The notes under the pieces were generated by a model. That model searched no databases and was not told the DNA's origin. It was given only the letters and a program-made list of their open reading frames with translations. Below, one piece after another: positions 23,517-33,367 of a stretch of 64,000 nt of DNA (the first letter of the stretch is position 1; each line of letters opens with the position of its first letter). Where the stretch lies: positions 96,001-160,000 of the forward strand of contig CAWDSQ010000026.1 of NCBI GenBank assembly GCA_963804955.1, given 5' to 3'. The position numbers were made by a program, and so were the translations under genes. The stretch comes from an uncultured delta proteobacterium (GTDB taxonomy: Bacteria; Desulfobacterota; WTBG01; CAIYCZ01; CAIRTM01).

Positions 23517-24785
23517 TTACTTCACCGTAATTTCTCCGCAGGCTTCCGCTTCAGGATCGCCGTAGGTAACGGTCACGGTATAGTCGCCCTTCTCAAGCTT
23601 GAACGGACGCACAAAGCCAAAACCGAATATTAACCTCTTGCCGATTTTAATATGGATGAGGTCATTGATGGCTTCCGTACCCCAATCGATAGAGATAGGC
23701 CGATCGAACTCAACATCGCTGTCCCTCTCAGCTATGATCACAAAGGCTGAAAACGGATTTACGAAAGCGAGCAGTTTAAAAATCGTCCCGGGAATGACCC
23801 TCAGGTTCTGTTCGCACTCGGGCGGCGGGGTATCATTATCACTCTTAATCGCCGGATACCAGGCCGATAGAGTTAAACAGCGTTTCTGCTGTAAACTGTG
23901 TGCTGTCATTGTCTTTTGTGAAATTAGCCGGTAAAATTTCAGCAAAAGGTGCTTACGTTATCGAAAGTCAGCGCCTTCAAACACAATGTAGGTGAGCTCG
24001 GCAATACCCAATTCCCCTGCAGTAACATTATCAACCTGTACGATTGTTACAGGTGTTGTACCACGGGTGCCGCTTGCCACGCAGGGAGCTGTTCTACCCT
24101 GGAACGTAACATTGTCTACCAGCGCCTGGGTAATCTCAACTTCCTGTACGCCGTTGGGTCCCGGAACTTTGTAGAATGGATTGTCAACGCATACGCAGTT
24201 GCCCGAGCCGGAGTAATTATCCGGGTCGCACTGTGCATACGGAGCAACATCCTCAAGGCAAAACTGCTGACCGGTTACATTGTCTAAGCACTGGCAGTTT
24301 GCTGCGGAGTCATTGTCGCACAGCGTAAAGGTCTCATTGTCTATGCTTGAATTGTCAAAACAGATATTTGTGGTTATGGTATTGTCATAGGTGAAATCCC
24401 ATGTCCCAACCCAGTCCGCGCATTCGGCTTGATTAGCCGGGGGAGGCGTGCAGGTTGAATGGCAGGTAATACAAGAGGATGATGCCGCCTGATGAGCTAC
24501 CACCAGGTTGCATGCGCCCACATCACCAGTGGGGTGGCATACGATACAGGTAGATGATTTAACATTTTTACCGGGCACTGAACCCGGATGGCATGCACCG
24601 CAACTGCCCGTTACACCGCTGTGTGTTGTGTGACCAGCGCCTGAGCCGCCGGCAAAACCTGGATGGCATGCCAGGCAGCCGCCGTCCGGTGTGGATGTTA
24701 CATTGTCATAAGCATAACCCTGCTGCGTCCCGGCAAAAAGCAGTGCCGCGAATAGCAGAACCCCTGTGAGTACTAGCTTTTTCAT
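23517..24785 (-). CDS. Secreted tetraheme cytochrome c domain fused to a Cys-rich, DNx(S/T)-rich region and a C-terminal beta domain (indels near 23960-23850)
   Basis: Signal peptide; CLACH, CGACH, CIVCH, CITCH; ORFs 23958-24821 and 23517-23945 can be joined through ...DFDNVSTFAEILPANFTKDNDSTQF... Confidence 0.75.
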
Positions 24786-25452
24786 ACCTTCTCCTCCAAA
24801 ATGATTAATAAAAAAACCCAATAAAACAAAAAAAATATATATTTAAGCATCCATTTGAATGCATTATTTGGAATATAGTTAATAAATTTAGCCAGTGTTG
24901 TACGAATTGTCAACTGCTTTTTTTATTATTTTTTTATTCGTTATTATAAGAAATTACTCTCAAAAAGGGTCGACAGCCCTGAAGATTTACACATGCCCGC
25001 TATGCCATTTCGCACTCAGCGGAGAAGCTTTGACTCATCGTACCGTTTTCTCATGCCGGATAAAACAATGCATGCACAAGCGGGGTCAGGATACTGCTTT
25101 TGCAGCAACCCTGAATCAACCGGCTAATTTTATCCGGGTCAACTCATCCGAGCAGCATTTCTGCTTTTTTACTATCAGTAACACTTTTAGGCTTATAAGG
25201 TTTCGAAATTTTTTTGCAGTTTTGATGCTGCCGTACGCAGATGCAAACAAAAAATGCATTTGGTTTTCTTAAACCAGCAGACAACTCTGCACTTCATCGG
25301 CTGTATTAGAAAAATCTTGAGCAGATTTTGTAAAAAATAACCAGATGGCTAATCGTAGTGGGCGCCCGCAACCTTCACAGCCTGTTATTGCTCGTGCCTG
25401 TCATACTAAAAAAAAGAAGCGCACAGTCATAATCCGCGCGCTTCTTGATTTT

Positions 25453-25529
<77 letters not shown>

Positions 25530-25612
25530 TCATTTGTAAATTATTAAAAGAAGTATATAGAAAAACACCTGCAAGTCAAGCCTTTTAAATCACCGGCATC
25601 TCTTTTGCCGCT

Positions 25613-26041
25613 TTATTGCCGCTGCACTTCGTCAACACCCAGCACCAGCCGCACTTTTTCAACCACGTCCGGCGGCACGGGCTGAATCTTCACATCGCGG
25701 TTTACAAAGGCCAGCACGGTATAACCGCGGGCAAGAAGAACGCGGGGCTCTTTTCTGTAGATAGCATGCTCTATCCGTATACTTGCCTTTTTCAAAGCGC
25801 CTATGACGGTCTCTATAAGCAGTGCATCATCATAGCGAACCGATTTAATATAATTGCAGTGAGCTTCCGTAACAGGCGTATAGATGCCCCTGTCGGAGAT
25901 ATCGCGGTAGGCAAGGCCAAGGGATCTGAAAAGCTCGGTTCTGCCCCGCTCGAACAGAGTCAGATAATTTGCGTAATACATGACGTCAAAAGGATCACAG
26001 TCGGCATAGATGACCCGGTACTCAGTAACAAAAGGCTTCAT
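25613..26041 (-). CDS. Acyl-CoA thioesterase, YbgC/FadM (hot-dog) family
   Basis: RVIYADCDPFDVMYYANYLTLFERGRTE. Confidence 0.9.
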   Translation of the reverse strand: MKPFVTEYRVIYADCDPFDVMYYANYLTLFERGRTELFRSLGLAYRDISDRGIYTPVTEAHCNYIKSVRYDDALLIETVIGALKKASIRIEHAIYRKEPRVLLARGYTVLAFVNRDVKIQPVPPDVVEKVRLVLGVDEVQRQ

Positions 26042-27256
26042 TAAGCAACACCCCTGATAAACTGGTTCATAAGCCGTGCGCCTTCATCAACCACAACCCC
26101 TGCCGCCCGGGCATCTTTCTCGCAATAGCCCCGCTGCCGGGAGGTTTCAGTGCCGCGGTTTGCCGAATCATACAGGATAAACGGAACCGGGTCCGATGCA
26201 TGGGTTTTTGTGCACAGGGGAGTCGGATGGTCGGGCAGTATCAAAACCTTAAAATCCCTGTACAGCTTCTCAAGACCCTCGATCATGGGCCGGACAATTC
26301 GGCTGTCGAAGTCCTCAATGGCCTGCAGCTTTTCACTGAAGCTGCCCTTGTGCGAGGCTTCATCAGGCGCCTCCACATGCACATAGACAAAATCGCCCGA
26401 TTCCAGGGCCTGCAGAGCAGCCGTAACCTTGCCCTCGTAATTGGTGTCGAGATAGCCCGTGGCGCCGGGCACATCTATGGATGCGAGGCCGGCGCAGATG
26501 CCAAGACCCTTGACAAGGTCAACCGCCGAAATGACGCTGCCGGAAATACCGTGCAGGTCGACAAAATGAGGAATCTTCAGAGCCCTGCCCTGCCCCCACA
26601 GCCAGATTGAGCTCACGGGCTTGTCTCCACGCGCTGCTCTGTGTTTATTGATGTCCAAACCGGGAAGAACTGACCGGCTCTGCGTCCATGAGCTGCCTCA
26701 CCCGCTCGGCGCCCTCACCGCGGGGCAGATAGTCGTCAATTCTTCTGCCTGATATATCATGGGGCGGCGTGGTCTTAAGCTTGTCCGTGCCGTTTTTCCA
26801 GACCATCAGATGACGGTAGCTCACGCCGGGATAAAAAGTTATATCGGGGCTGTCGAGAGTCTTTTTAAGACCTGCTATGATTTCGGCGGCTTCGGCAGTT
26901 GCTATATGCCCGGCGCTGTAGTCATCCATAAAGAGCCCGCCGTCTTGCTCGGCAAGGGTGACAAGATTGCAGCGGAAAGCGATATCCGTGTCGGCAAGCG
27001 CAACGCCGATGCTTGCTGCCTCGATGGAAGCGCGGCCCGAATAATACTTCCGCGGATCATAGCCCATGGCTGCAAGATTTGCCACATCGCTGCCGGGCTC
27101 CATGCCCTCGGGAATGGTGTGCACAAGCCCTAAAATGCCCTTCTGCGCAAGCATGTCCATGCAGGGTGTTGCGGCAAGCTCAAGCGGGGTTTTGCCGCCT
27201 TTTTCTTCAATGGGATAGTCAGCCATGCCGTCGCCGATAAGAACCACGTATTTCAT
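26041..27256 (-). CDS. apgM: Cofactor-independent phosphoglycerate mutase, archaeal-type (indel near 26670)
   Basis: IGDGMAD, PGSDVANL, GVSYRHL, HVEAPDEASH, PDHPTP..TH..DPVPF. Confidence 0.92.
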
Positions 27257-27315
27257 AGGCACCTCTTAGTATATATAAAACGATGCAGCATACTACTTGA
27301 AGCCGTGCCCTTTTG

Positions 27316-28273
27316 TCAACACTGCGACAGAAGTTTGAGCGCAGCCAGCGCCACCGCTTCCGGCTCCGGCCAGAGCCACTGCCCCGCGGCTTCAAGGCGC
27401 CGCACAGTGATGACCGATGTTCCACGCGGCCCCCAGACAGCAGGATCGGTAGGGCCGAAAACGGCAACCGTCGGTATGCCCAGAGCTGCAGCCATATGCG
27501 TGATGCCGGAATCATTACCGATAAAAAAAGCACACCGCTGACAGAAGCGCGGCAACAAGAGGCAGATCAAGATTTGTCAGTAGTGCGTGGGGCAGACCGG
27601 CAAGGCCTGCCTGCAGCTCAACAGATGCTTTCTTATCGGCCGGCCCTTGAACTATTAAAAACCCCGCATGTATTTCTTCATGCAGCCGGTGCATGACAGA
27701 CACAAATGACTCGGGAGGCCAGCACTTATGCCGCCCTCCGCTGCCGGCATGCACCGCTATAAGCCGCCCCGGCTCTGGATCAAAAGCATTGGCCCGCAGA
27801 AATGCGCCTGCCCGGCTGCGCTCGGCAGGGCTTACCTGCAGCAGCGGCAGGCAACCGGCAGGCGTAAGGCCCAGGGCGGCCAGCTGTGCCAGCTGATAAT
27901 CGACCACATGCTGTGAACTATCTGGAAATGTTCTTATGTGAACTGCGGAGGGATGGCAGCGCTGCACATTTTCAAGAAAAGCGCTTTGCTCCTGCGCGCT
28001 GAAAATAAAAATCCGCTCAAACCGGCGCAGATACTGCCGCATCTGCGCTGATACATCTGCGAAATCTCCATACAGCGTGCTTGCAGGCGCCCAGTCGACA
28101 GAGCGGATGGTATCGGCAAAATTGCTGCCGGCCAGGGAAAGTATGGCCGGATAGCCGAGCATTTCGATAGCCAGTTCCGGAGCTGAGTTCTTAATCGTTT
28201 GCAGCGCCGGCAGGGAAAGGACAAAATCGCCTATAGCGCCCTGGTGGATGACAAGTATCTTTGCTGAAATCAT
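27316..28273 (-). CDS. Glycosyltransferase family 9 (LPS heptosyltransferase-like; indel near 27545)
   Basis: GAIGDFVL, HAGSGGRHKCWP, FIGNDSGITHMAAALGIPTVAVFGPT. Confidence 0.9.
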
Positions 28274-28288
28274 GGCAGGCCGCTCAGC

Positions 28289-29840
28289 TTACCGTAGTGC
28301 TGGCGATGAAGCCTGCGCACTGCCGCGCGTTCGGCCCAGCATGGCATCAGCCGTCTTGTAGGCGAGGCAATAGATGATAAAGGCGCAGTTTGCCAGAAGC
28401 GGCGCGGGGAACAGGCTGCCGTCGGTGATCCAGAGATTATCAAGATCCCAGCACTTGCCGTTAAGATCGGTAACCGAGTTTGCGTGGTCGTTGCCCATGC
28501 GGCAGGTGCCCACCTTGTGCACCACGTCGATGCCGCCGGCATACATCTGCGCGGGATCAGCACCGGCATTGAGCATGATCGAGCGGGCATGAGCATACAG
28601 CCGCTGCAAGCCAGGCGCTCTCCTGCTGATTGGGCTCAAACGTCACCTTCGGAAGAGACAGGCCGTACTGGTTTTTGCGGGATACATGGGGCAGCACGCT
28701 GTTATCGGTAAACCCCTCATCAAAGCTTCGCACCAGGGGCGCTGAAATGACCAGGCGGCTGTACTGCCGCATAAGGCGCTTGAACGGCAGGCCGATGAGA
28801 TTGACAAGATCTGCCGTTTCCATAACCTCGACCATGGCGCCCATATAGGTTGGAGGCGCCACCATGTTGAACTCGAGCATATAGCCTTTGTCATAGTTGG
28901 CGTACTGGTCATTGAGCTCGACGAGATTCCCCTGATAGGTGCGCACATCATCGCGCTTGAGAATCGAGTAGGTTGCGCGCATGAAATGGCCCCGCAGATT
29001 TTTGCCAACCTGGCCCGAGCTGTTGGCAAGAACCCTGCCGCGCCTGCCCGACCAGTTGAGCAGCATGGGCGTCATCATGGAGCCGGCTGCCAGAACGAAC
29101 CGGTCGGCATGAAGCGTATGCTGCGTTACACGCTCTGTCAAACGGCCGGTTTTGACCCGCTTCAGATACGTGACGCTTTCTATTTGTGAGCCGCTGCAAT
29201 TGGTGTTCAGGCGCACGGCAAGGCAGTTGTCGCGCACCGTGGCGCCAAACCAGCGCGCTTTCGGGAGTGTTATGGTCAGGGCATTTGACTTGGCATTGTA
29301 CCGGCACCCGAGTATGCAGCACCTGCACTTGCGGCACCGGTCATGGTACACGCCGTATTCGAAATAGGGCTCCCGGTTATAGCCTGCCTGAATGGGCCCG
29401 AGCATGCCGCCGGAGGCCTCATGCATGAGCTTTGCATAATGGCTCAGCTCCTCCAGGGGCCAGCGCGACACATGGTAGCGCTGCTTGGCAAGGTCTATAT
29501 AGGGCAGCAGCTGCTCATAGGTTATGGGCCACAGGCCGTAGTCGCGCGGAGTCGATTCTTCCAGCACGCCGGCATAAATGGTGGTGCCGCCGCCCGCGCA
29601 CTCACCCATGTCGGTGCGCCAGTTGCGGCCTTCATACTGCTCATGCCAGAAAAGGCCGTCGTCGATGGTGCGCAGAAAGCTCTGCGTTGCCGCAAAATGG
29701 CTGTCCGATCCATACGTGATGTCGAGGTCCTTACCCGCTTCAAGAAAAACGACCTTTGCACCCGCCTCGGCAAGCTCAGCGCCCACGGTAGCGCCTCCGG
29801 CGCCGGCCCCGATTATGGCTACATCTGCATGATCGCTCAC
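28289..29840 (-). CDS. GMC-family FAD oxidoreductase, large subunit (indel near 28610)
   Basis: IIGAGAGG FAD motif, GGGTTIYAG, Cys cluster CRKCRCCILGCRYNAK, HKVGTCRMG, DGSLFP. Confidence 0.9.
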
Positions 29841-30446
29841 GTGCGAACCCCTTTCTTCAGGCGCACGGGAAAAACATAAGAATCGACATACCCCTCATTG
29901 GGCAGGCGGAATGTGCCTGCAGGATCATCCGGGTCATACCAGCCCATGGAGGTAAAAAGCGCTGTCTGCTCAGCAGGCGCATTATTTTCAAATGTGCCGA
30001 TCATGGAAAGCGACAGCATGGCCGTCAGCAGATCCCGCAGCAGGGGCTTCTGCTGTTCACGCTCGCCCACCCACTGTTTTATGGCATCAAGCTGCTGCGC
30101 AGCCGTACAGGCTGTAAACTTTTTACCGGCAACTGTACGGGCATACCGGTTGAGCAGCATGGTCAAAAAAGCCTGCCCGGCAAAGCCGAGCGTATGCGGC
30201 GAGAACTTTGTCCGCCCCGTAATCCGAGCCCTTGAAATCGCCTTCGATCTCAGGGTCGGCGGGCACGAGCACGTCCACAGCCGCCGTCACCGCGGGCCAT
30301 GGCCGCACCGTACCTTTTGCAGATGCCGGCGCAGCGCCTGCAAACATGTTGCACGACAGCTTCAGCTCTCGGCCCGATGCCGAATCCGCAACCAGGGCGG
30401 AAAAAAAAGCAGCCGTTGAATAGGTTATAAAATCTCGACGGTTCAT
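29837..30446 (-). CDS. Tat-exported small subunit, gluconate-2-dehydrogenase subunit 3-like (indel near 30192)
   Basis: Twin-arginine NRRDFI; AAVDVLVPAD, KKFTACTAAQQLDAI; overlaps the GMC start. Confidence 0.65.
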
Positions 30447-31236
30447 TTTGTTGCTCCTGTTGAATCGACGACACCGTTGAGATGATCGCCCAGAGGCAGT
30501 ATGCTGCGATCAGATGCAACCGTGCCCGGATGGCAGCTTGAGCAGTCTGCCGCCGTATTATTATCCGGGTCGGCAAGGCTGTGGCAGGCGCCGCACCGGG
30601 ATGCTGTCCCGCTTGTGTCTGTCCAGACAGGTTCTTTATTGTCGCCGCCTTTGAGCGTTGCCCCGTGGCAATAAACATTTTTGCAGGTCGTTCCGTTCCA
30701 GACCGGCTGAGCGCCGCCTGCTTTTGCAAGACCGGAAAATACAACCTCGGCCCTGCCGTCGCCGTCGATATGACCTTCGGCCCAGTTCGACAGCGGCACC
30801 ACGTGACAATTTGAACAAGCCACCTGGTGCACCGGTGTTGCGGCCATGCGCATGGCCTTATGGCTGCCGACGCCATCGAGCCCCTGCCCGCACTCGCCCT
30901 TTAAGATTCTGCGGAGGCGACGCACCCTGATTCCAGCCATGGCAGGAAGAGCAGCCGACTGCATAGTCAACAGTTCCGTTATTATGCAGATTTGTTTGCA
31001 GAAAAGTAAAACTGCTGTCGATTACCTGGCCGTGGCAGCGATAGCAGCGCGTGTTGAAGGGATGTTTGCCGTTGACGGGCGGAGCGCCGTGGCAGTCGTG
31101 TGCAGCCTGCAGGAACCGGCACAACAGGATAGCCGCAGTCATCAGCGGCTCCGCTTGCGGCATGCGAGGAGCCGCTGAGAAGCATGAGCATGCTGAGGAT
31201 TCCTGGAAGTATCTTGCACATCATCATATAAACCAT
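30443..31236 (-). CDS. Multiheme cytochrome c with CxxxxCH/CxxCH domain (about 7 heme motifs; split by indels)
   Basis: Signal peptide; CTDCH (reconstructed), CYRCH, CSSCH, CSNCH, CKNVYCH, CGACH, CSSCH. Confidence 0.8.
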
Positions 31237-31382
31237 ACTAACACCTGTTTATTTAAAAAGCACCAAATAGCCAATGGCGGATCAAACGTTTTCACCGGCG
31301 CGACAAAAGAAAGCATTTGATAAACACCTGTTTTTACAGTTATAAATAATAAGATTATATATAAAATAATCCAAGGGCATAG

Positions 31383-32087
31383 ATGGAAGAATTATTGACA
31401 CAGCTAAACACCTATCTGCAGGGAGCACCGCTTCTGGCTCTGCCGGCTGCGTTTCTCGCAGGCGTGCTCACCAGCTTCACGCCCTGCGTCTATCCGCTCA
31501 TCCCGATCACCGTCGGCATCATCGGCGCCAAAAGCAGCCAGACGCGCAAGCGCGGGTTTCTGCTCTCCCTTACCTATGTGCTTGGCCTGTCGCTGATCTA
31601 TGCTGTTCTCGGGGCCTTTGCCGCCCTTTCCGGCAAGCTGTTCGGCCAGATCAGCACGAATATGTGGACGTACCTGATCGTAGGCAACCTGTTTATCCTG
31701 TTCGGACTGTCCATGTTTGACGTATTTTCCCTTGAGCTTACGTTTTTGCAAAAATGGAGCCCATCGGCAAAGGGAACGGGCCTGCTCACGGCATTCATCT
31801 TCGGCGGCGTTTCAGCCCTGATCGCCGGGCCCTGCACCACGCCGGTGCTCGGCACGCTGCTGGCATTCGTTGCCTCCCGTCAGAACGTACTGCTGGGGTT
31901 CACCATGCTCTTTTTGTTTGCCTTCGGCATGGGGTTTCTGCTAATTATTGTCGGCACATTTACGGGCCTGCTCTCAACCCTCCCCCGGTCGGGCGCATGG
32001 ATGATCACCATAAAAAAAGCTTTCGGCTTCCTGATGATCGGACTCGGGGAATACTTCATCCTGAAGGCAGGGCAATTAATGTTTTAA
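31383..32087 (+). CDS. ccdA: Cytochrome c biogenesis / disulfide reductase membrane protein, CcdA/DsbD family
   Basis: SFTPCVYPLIP and GPCTTPVL redox cysteines, multiple TM helices, LPRSGAWM. Confidence 0.88.
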   Translation: MEELLTQLNTYLQGAPLLALPAAFLAGVLTSFTPCVYPLIPITVGIIGAKSSQTRKRGFLLSLTYVLGLSLIYAVLGAFAALSGKLFGQISTNMWTYLIVGNLFILFGLSMFDVFSLELTFLQKWSPSAKGTGLLTAFIFGGVSALIAGPCTTPVLGTLLAFVASRQNVLLGFTMLFLFAFGMGFLLIIVGTFTGLLSTLPRSGAWMITIKKAFGFLMIGLGEYFILKAGQLMF

Positions 32088-32098
32088 GGAGTTACAGC

Positions 32099-32611
32099 AT
32101 GAAAAAAATCGTTTTAATCATCGCAGCAGTATCTCTCCTATGCTCGTATGTACCGTCAGCATACTGCGCCGGCCCGGCCAAGCCCGCAGTCGGCATCATG
32201 AAAGGCCAGCTTGCTCCCGACTTCACGCTCAAGGACATCGGCGGCAAGCAGGTATCCCTGTCATCGGAAAAAAACAATGTTGTCTGCCTGGTCTTCTGGG
32301 CCACCTGGTGCCCCTACTGCGTGCGGGAAATACCCCGCTACAAGGAGCTGCATGCAAAGTATGCTGCAAAGGGTCTTAAAATCCTTTCTATCAATATAGC
32401 TGCAAACGACCCCCTCCCTCGCGTTGAGGCTTTTCAGCAGAAAACGCAGCTGCCCTATCCCATACTCTACGATACTCTGCAGGAAGTAAGCCGCCTCTAT
32501 TATGTGACCGGCGTGCCGGTAAGCGTCATTATCGACCGCAAGGGCATCATACAGCACCGGGGCTATCAGCTGCCGGACAATGCCGATCAACTGATCGCGC
32601 AGCTGCTGTAA
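32099..32611 (+). CDS. TlpA/ResA-like thiol-disulfide reductase
   Basis: Signal peptide, APDFTL, FWATWCPYC, GVPVSVIID. Confidence 0.9.
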   Translation: MKKIVLIIAAVSLLCSYVPSAYCAGPAKPAVGIMKGQLAPDFTLKDIGGKQVSLSSEKNNVVCLVFWATWCPYCVREIPRYKELHAKYAAKGLKILSINIAANDPLPRVEAFQQKTQLPYPILYDTLQEVSRLYYVTGVPVSVIIDRKGIIQHRGYQLPDNADQLIAQLL

Positions 32612-32680
32612 CCGCGTGCCATGCTGTCTATTGCCGTTGCAGACAGTACTCCTGACACTGCCTGCATACCCGGGAGGCTC

Positions 32681-32836
32681 TAACAGGGTTTTGAAAAAGT
32701 CCATAGGGGAAGGCTGTTCAAAAATGTTCAGATGCAAGGCGTGCGAAATCATGCGAAATGAGGCGTACTTTTTGTGCGCCGCAGTGAAGCATGATGAGCG
32801 CAACGCAGCAGATGGGCGTTTTTCAACAGCCTGCTA
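32681..32836. mobile_element. MITE-like non-autonomous element
   Basis: Left TAACAGGGTTTTGAAAAA (plus inner AGGCTGTTCAAAAA at 32711) and right TTTTTCAACAGCCTGCTA form terminal inverted repeats; no transposase. Confidence 0.6.
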
Positions 32837-32842
32837 AAGCAG

Positions 32843-33367
32843 ATGCCGCAGCATTCCGCCCGCCCGCCATTTCCCTACTGCCCCTGGTGCAGGGGCGATC
32901 TGAGTACATCTGACCCCCATCGGCAGGTGTGCTCAAGCTGCGGATTTATTCTCTACCACAGCTCAAGCCCCTGTATGGGAGCCATTCCGGTTGACGGCCA
33001 GGGCCGCGTGCTGCTTGCCCGCCGCGGCATTGAGCCTTTCTACGGCGACTGGAATACGATAGGCGGATTTCTCGGCTATCAGGAAGAACCGCTCGACGGG
33101 CTCAGGCGTGAGGTGCGGGAGGAGACCGGCGTTGACTGCAGCATACTGGACTGCATCACCATGGCTGCCGAGCAGTATGGCGAAGGAGGCGCAGGGCTCA
33201 TGTGCTGTTATTTCACCGTTCGCCTGCTCTCGGACGACTTCAAACCCCAGGATGATGTCAGCGAACTCGCCTGGTTCAGCCTTGACAGCCTGCCGGACAA
33301 TATCCCCTTTGCAAGCGACCGCCGGGCTTTGGCAGTGCTCAGGGAAAGACGCTCAGGCAAAAAATGA
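32843..33367 (+). CDS. NUDIX hydrolase with N-terminal zinc ribbon
   Basis: CPWC..CSSC; Nudix box GG..GYQEEPLDGLRREVREETG. Confidence 0.9.
   Translation: MPQHSARPPFPYCPWCRGDLSTSDPHRQVCSSCGFILYHSSSPCMGAIPVDGQGRVLLARRGIEPFYGDWNTIGGFLGYQEEPLDGLRREVREETGVDCSILDCITMAAEQYGEGGAGLMCCYFTVRLLSDDFKPQDDVSELAWFSLDSLPDNIPFASDRRALAVLRERRSGKK

Noticed and set aside
24895..25272. 125-aa ORF in the cytochrome-tRNA intergenic region
   Set aside because: AT-rich promoter-like DNA, GTG start without SD, no motifs.
31754..32098. N-terminal extension of the TlpA ORF
   Set aside because: Overlaps ccdA in another frame; the real start is 32099 with AAGGAG RBS and signal peptide.
32616..32837. Riboswitch or small ORF between tlpA and NUDIX
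   Set aside because: No known aptamer consensus recognised; the structure is explained by MITE terminal repeats.
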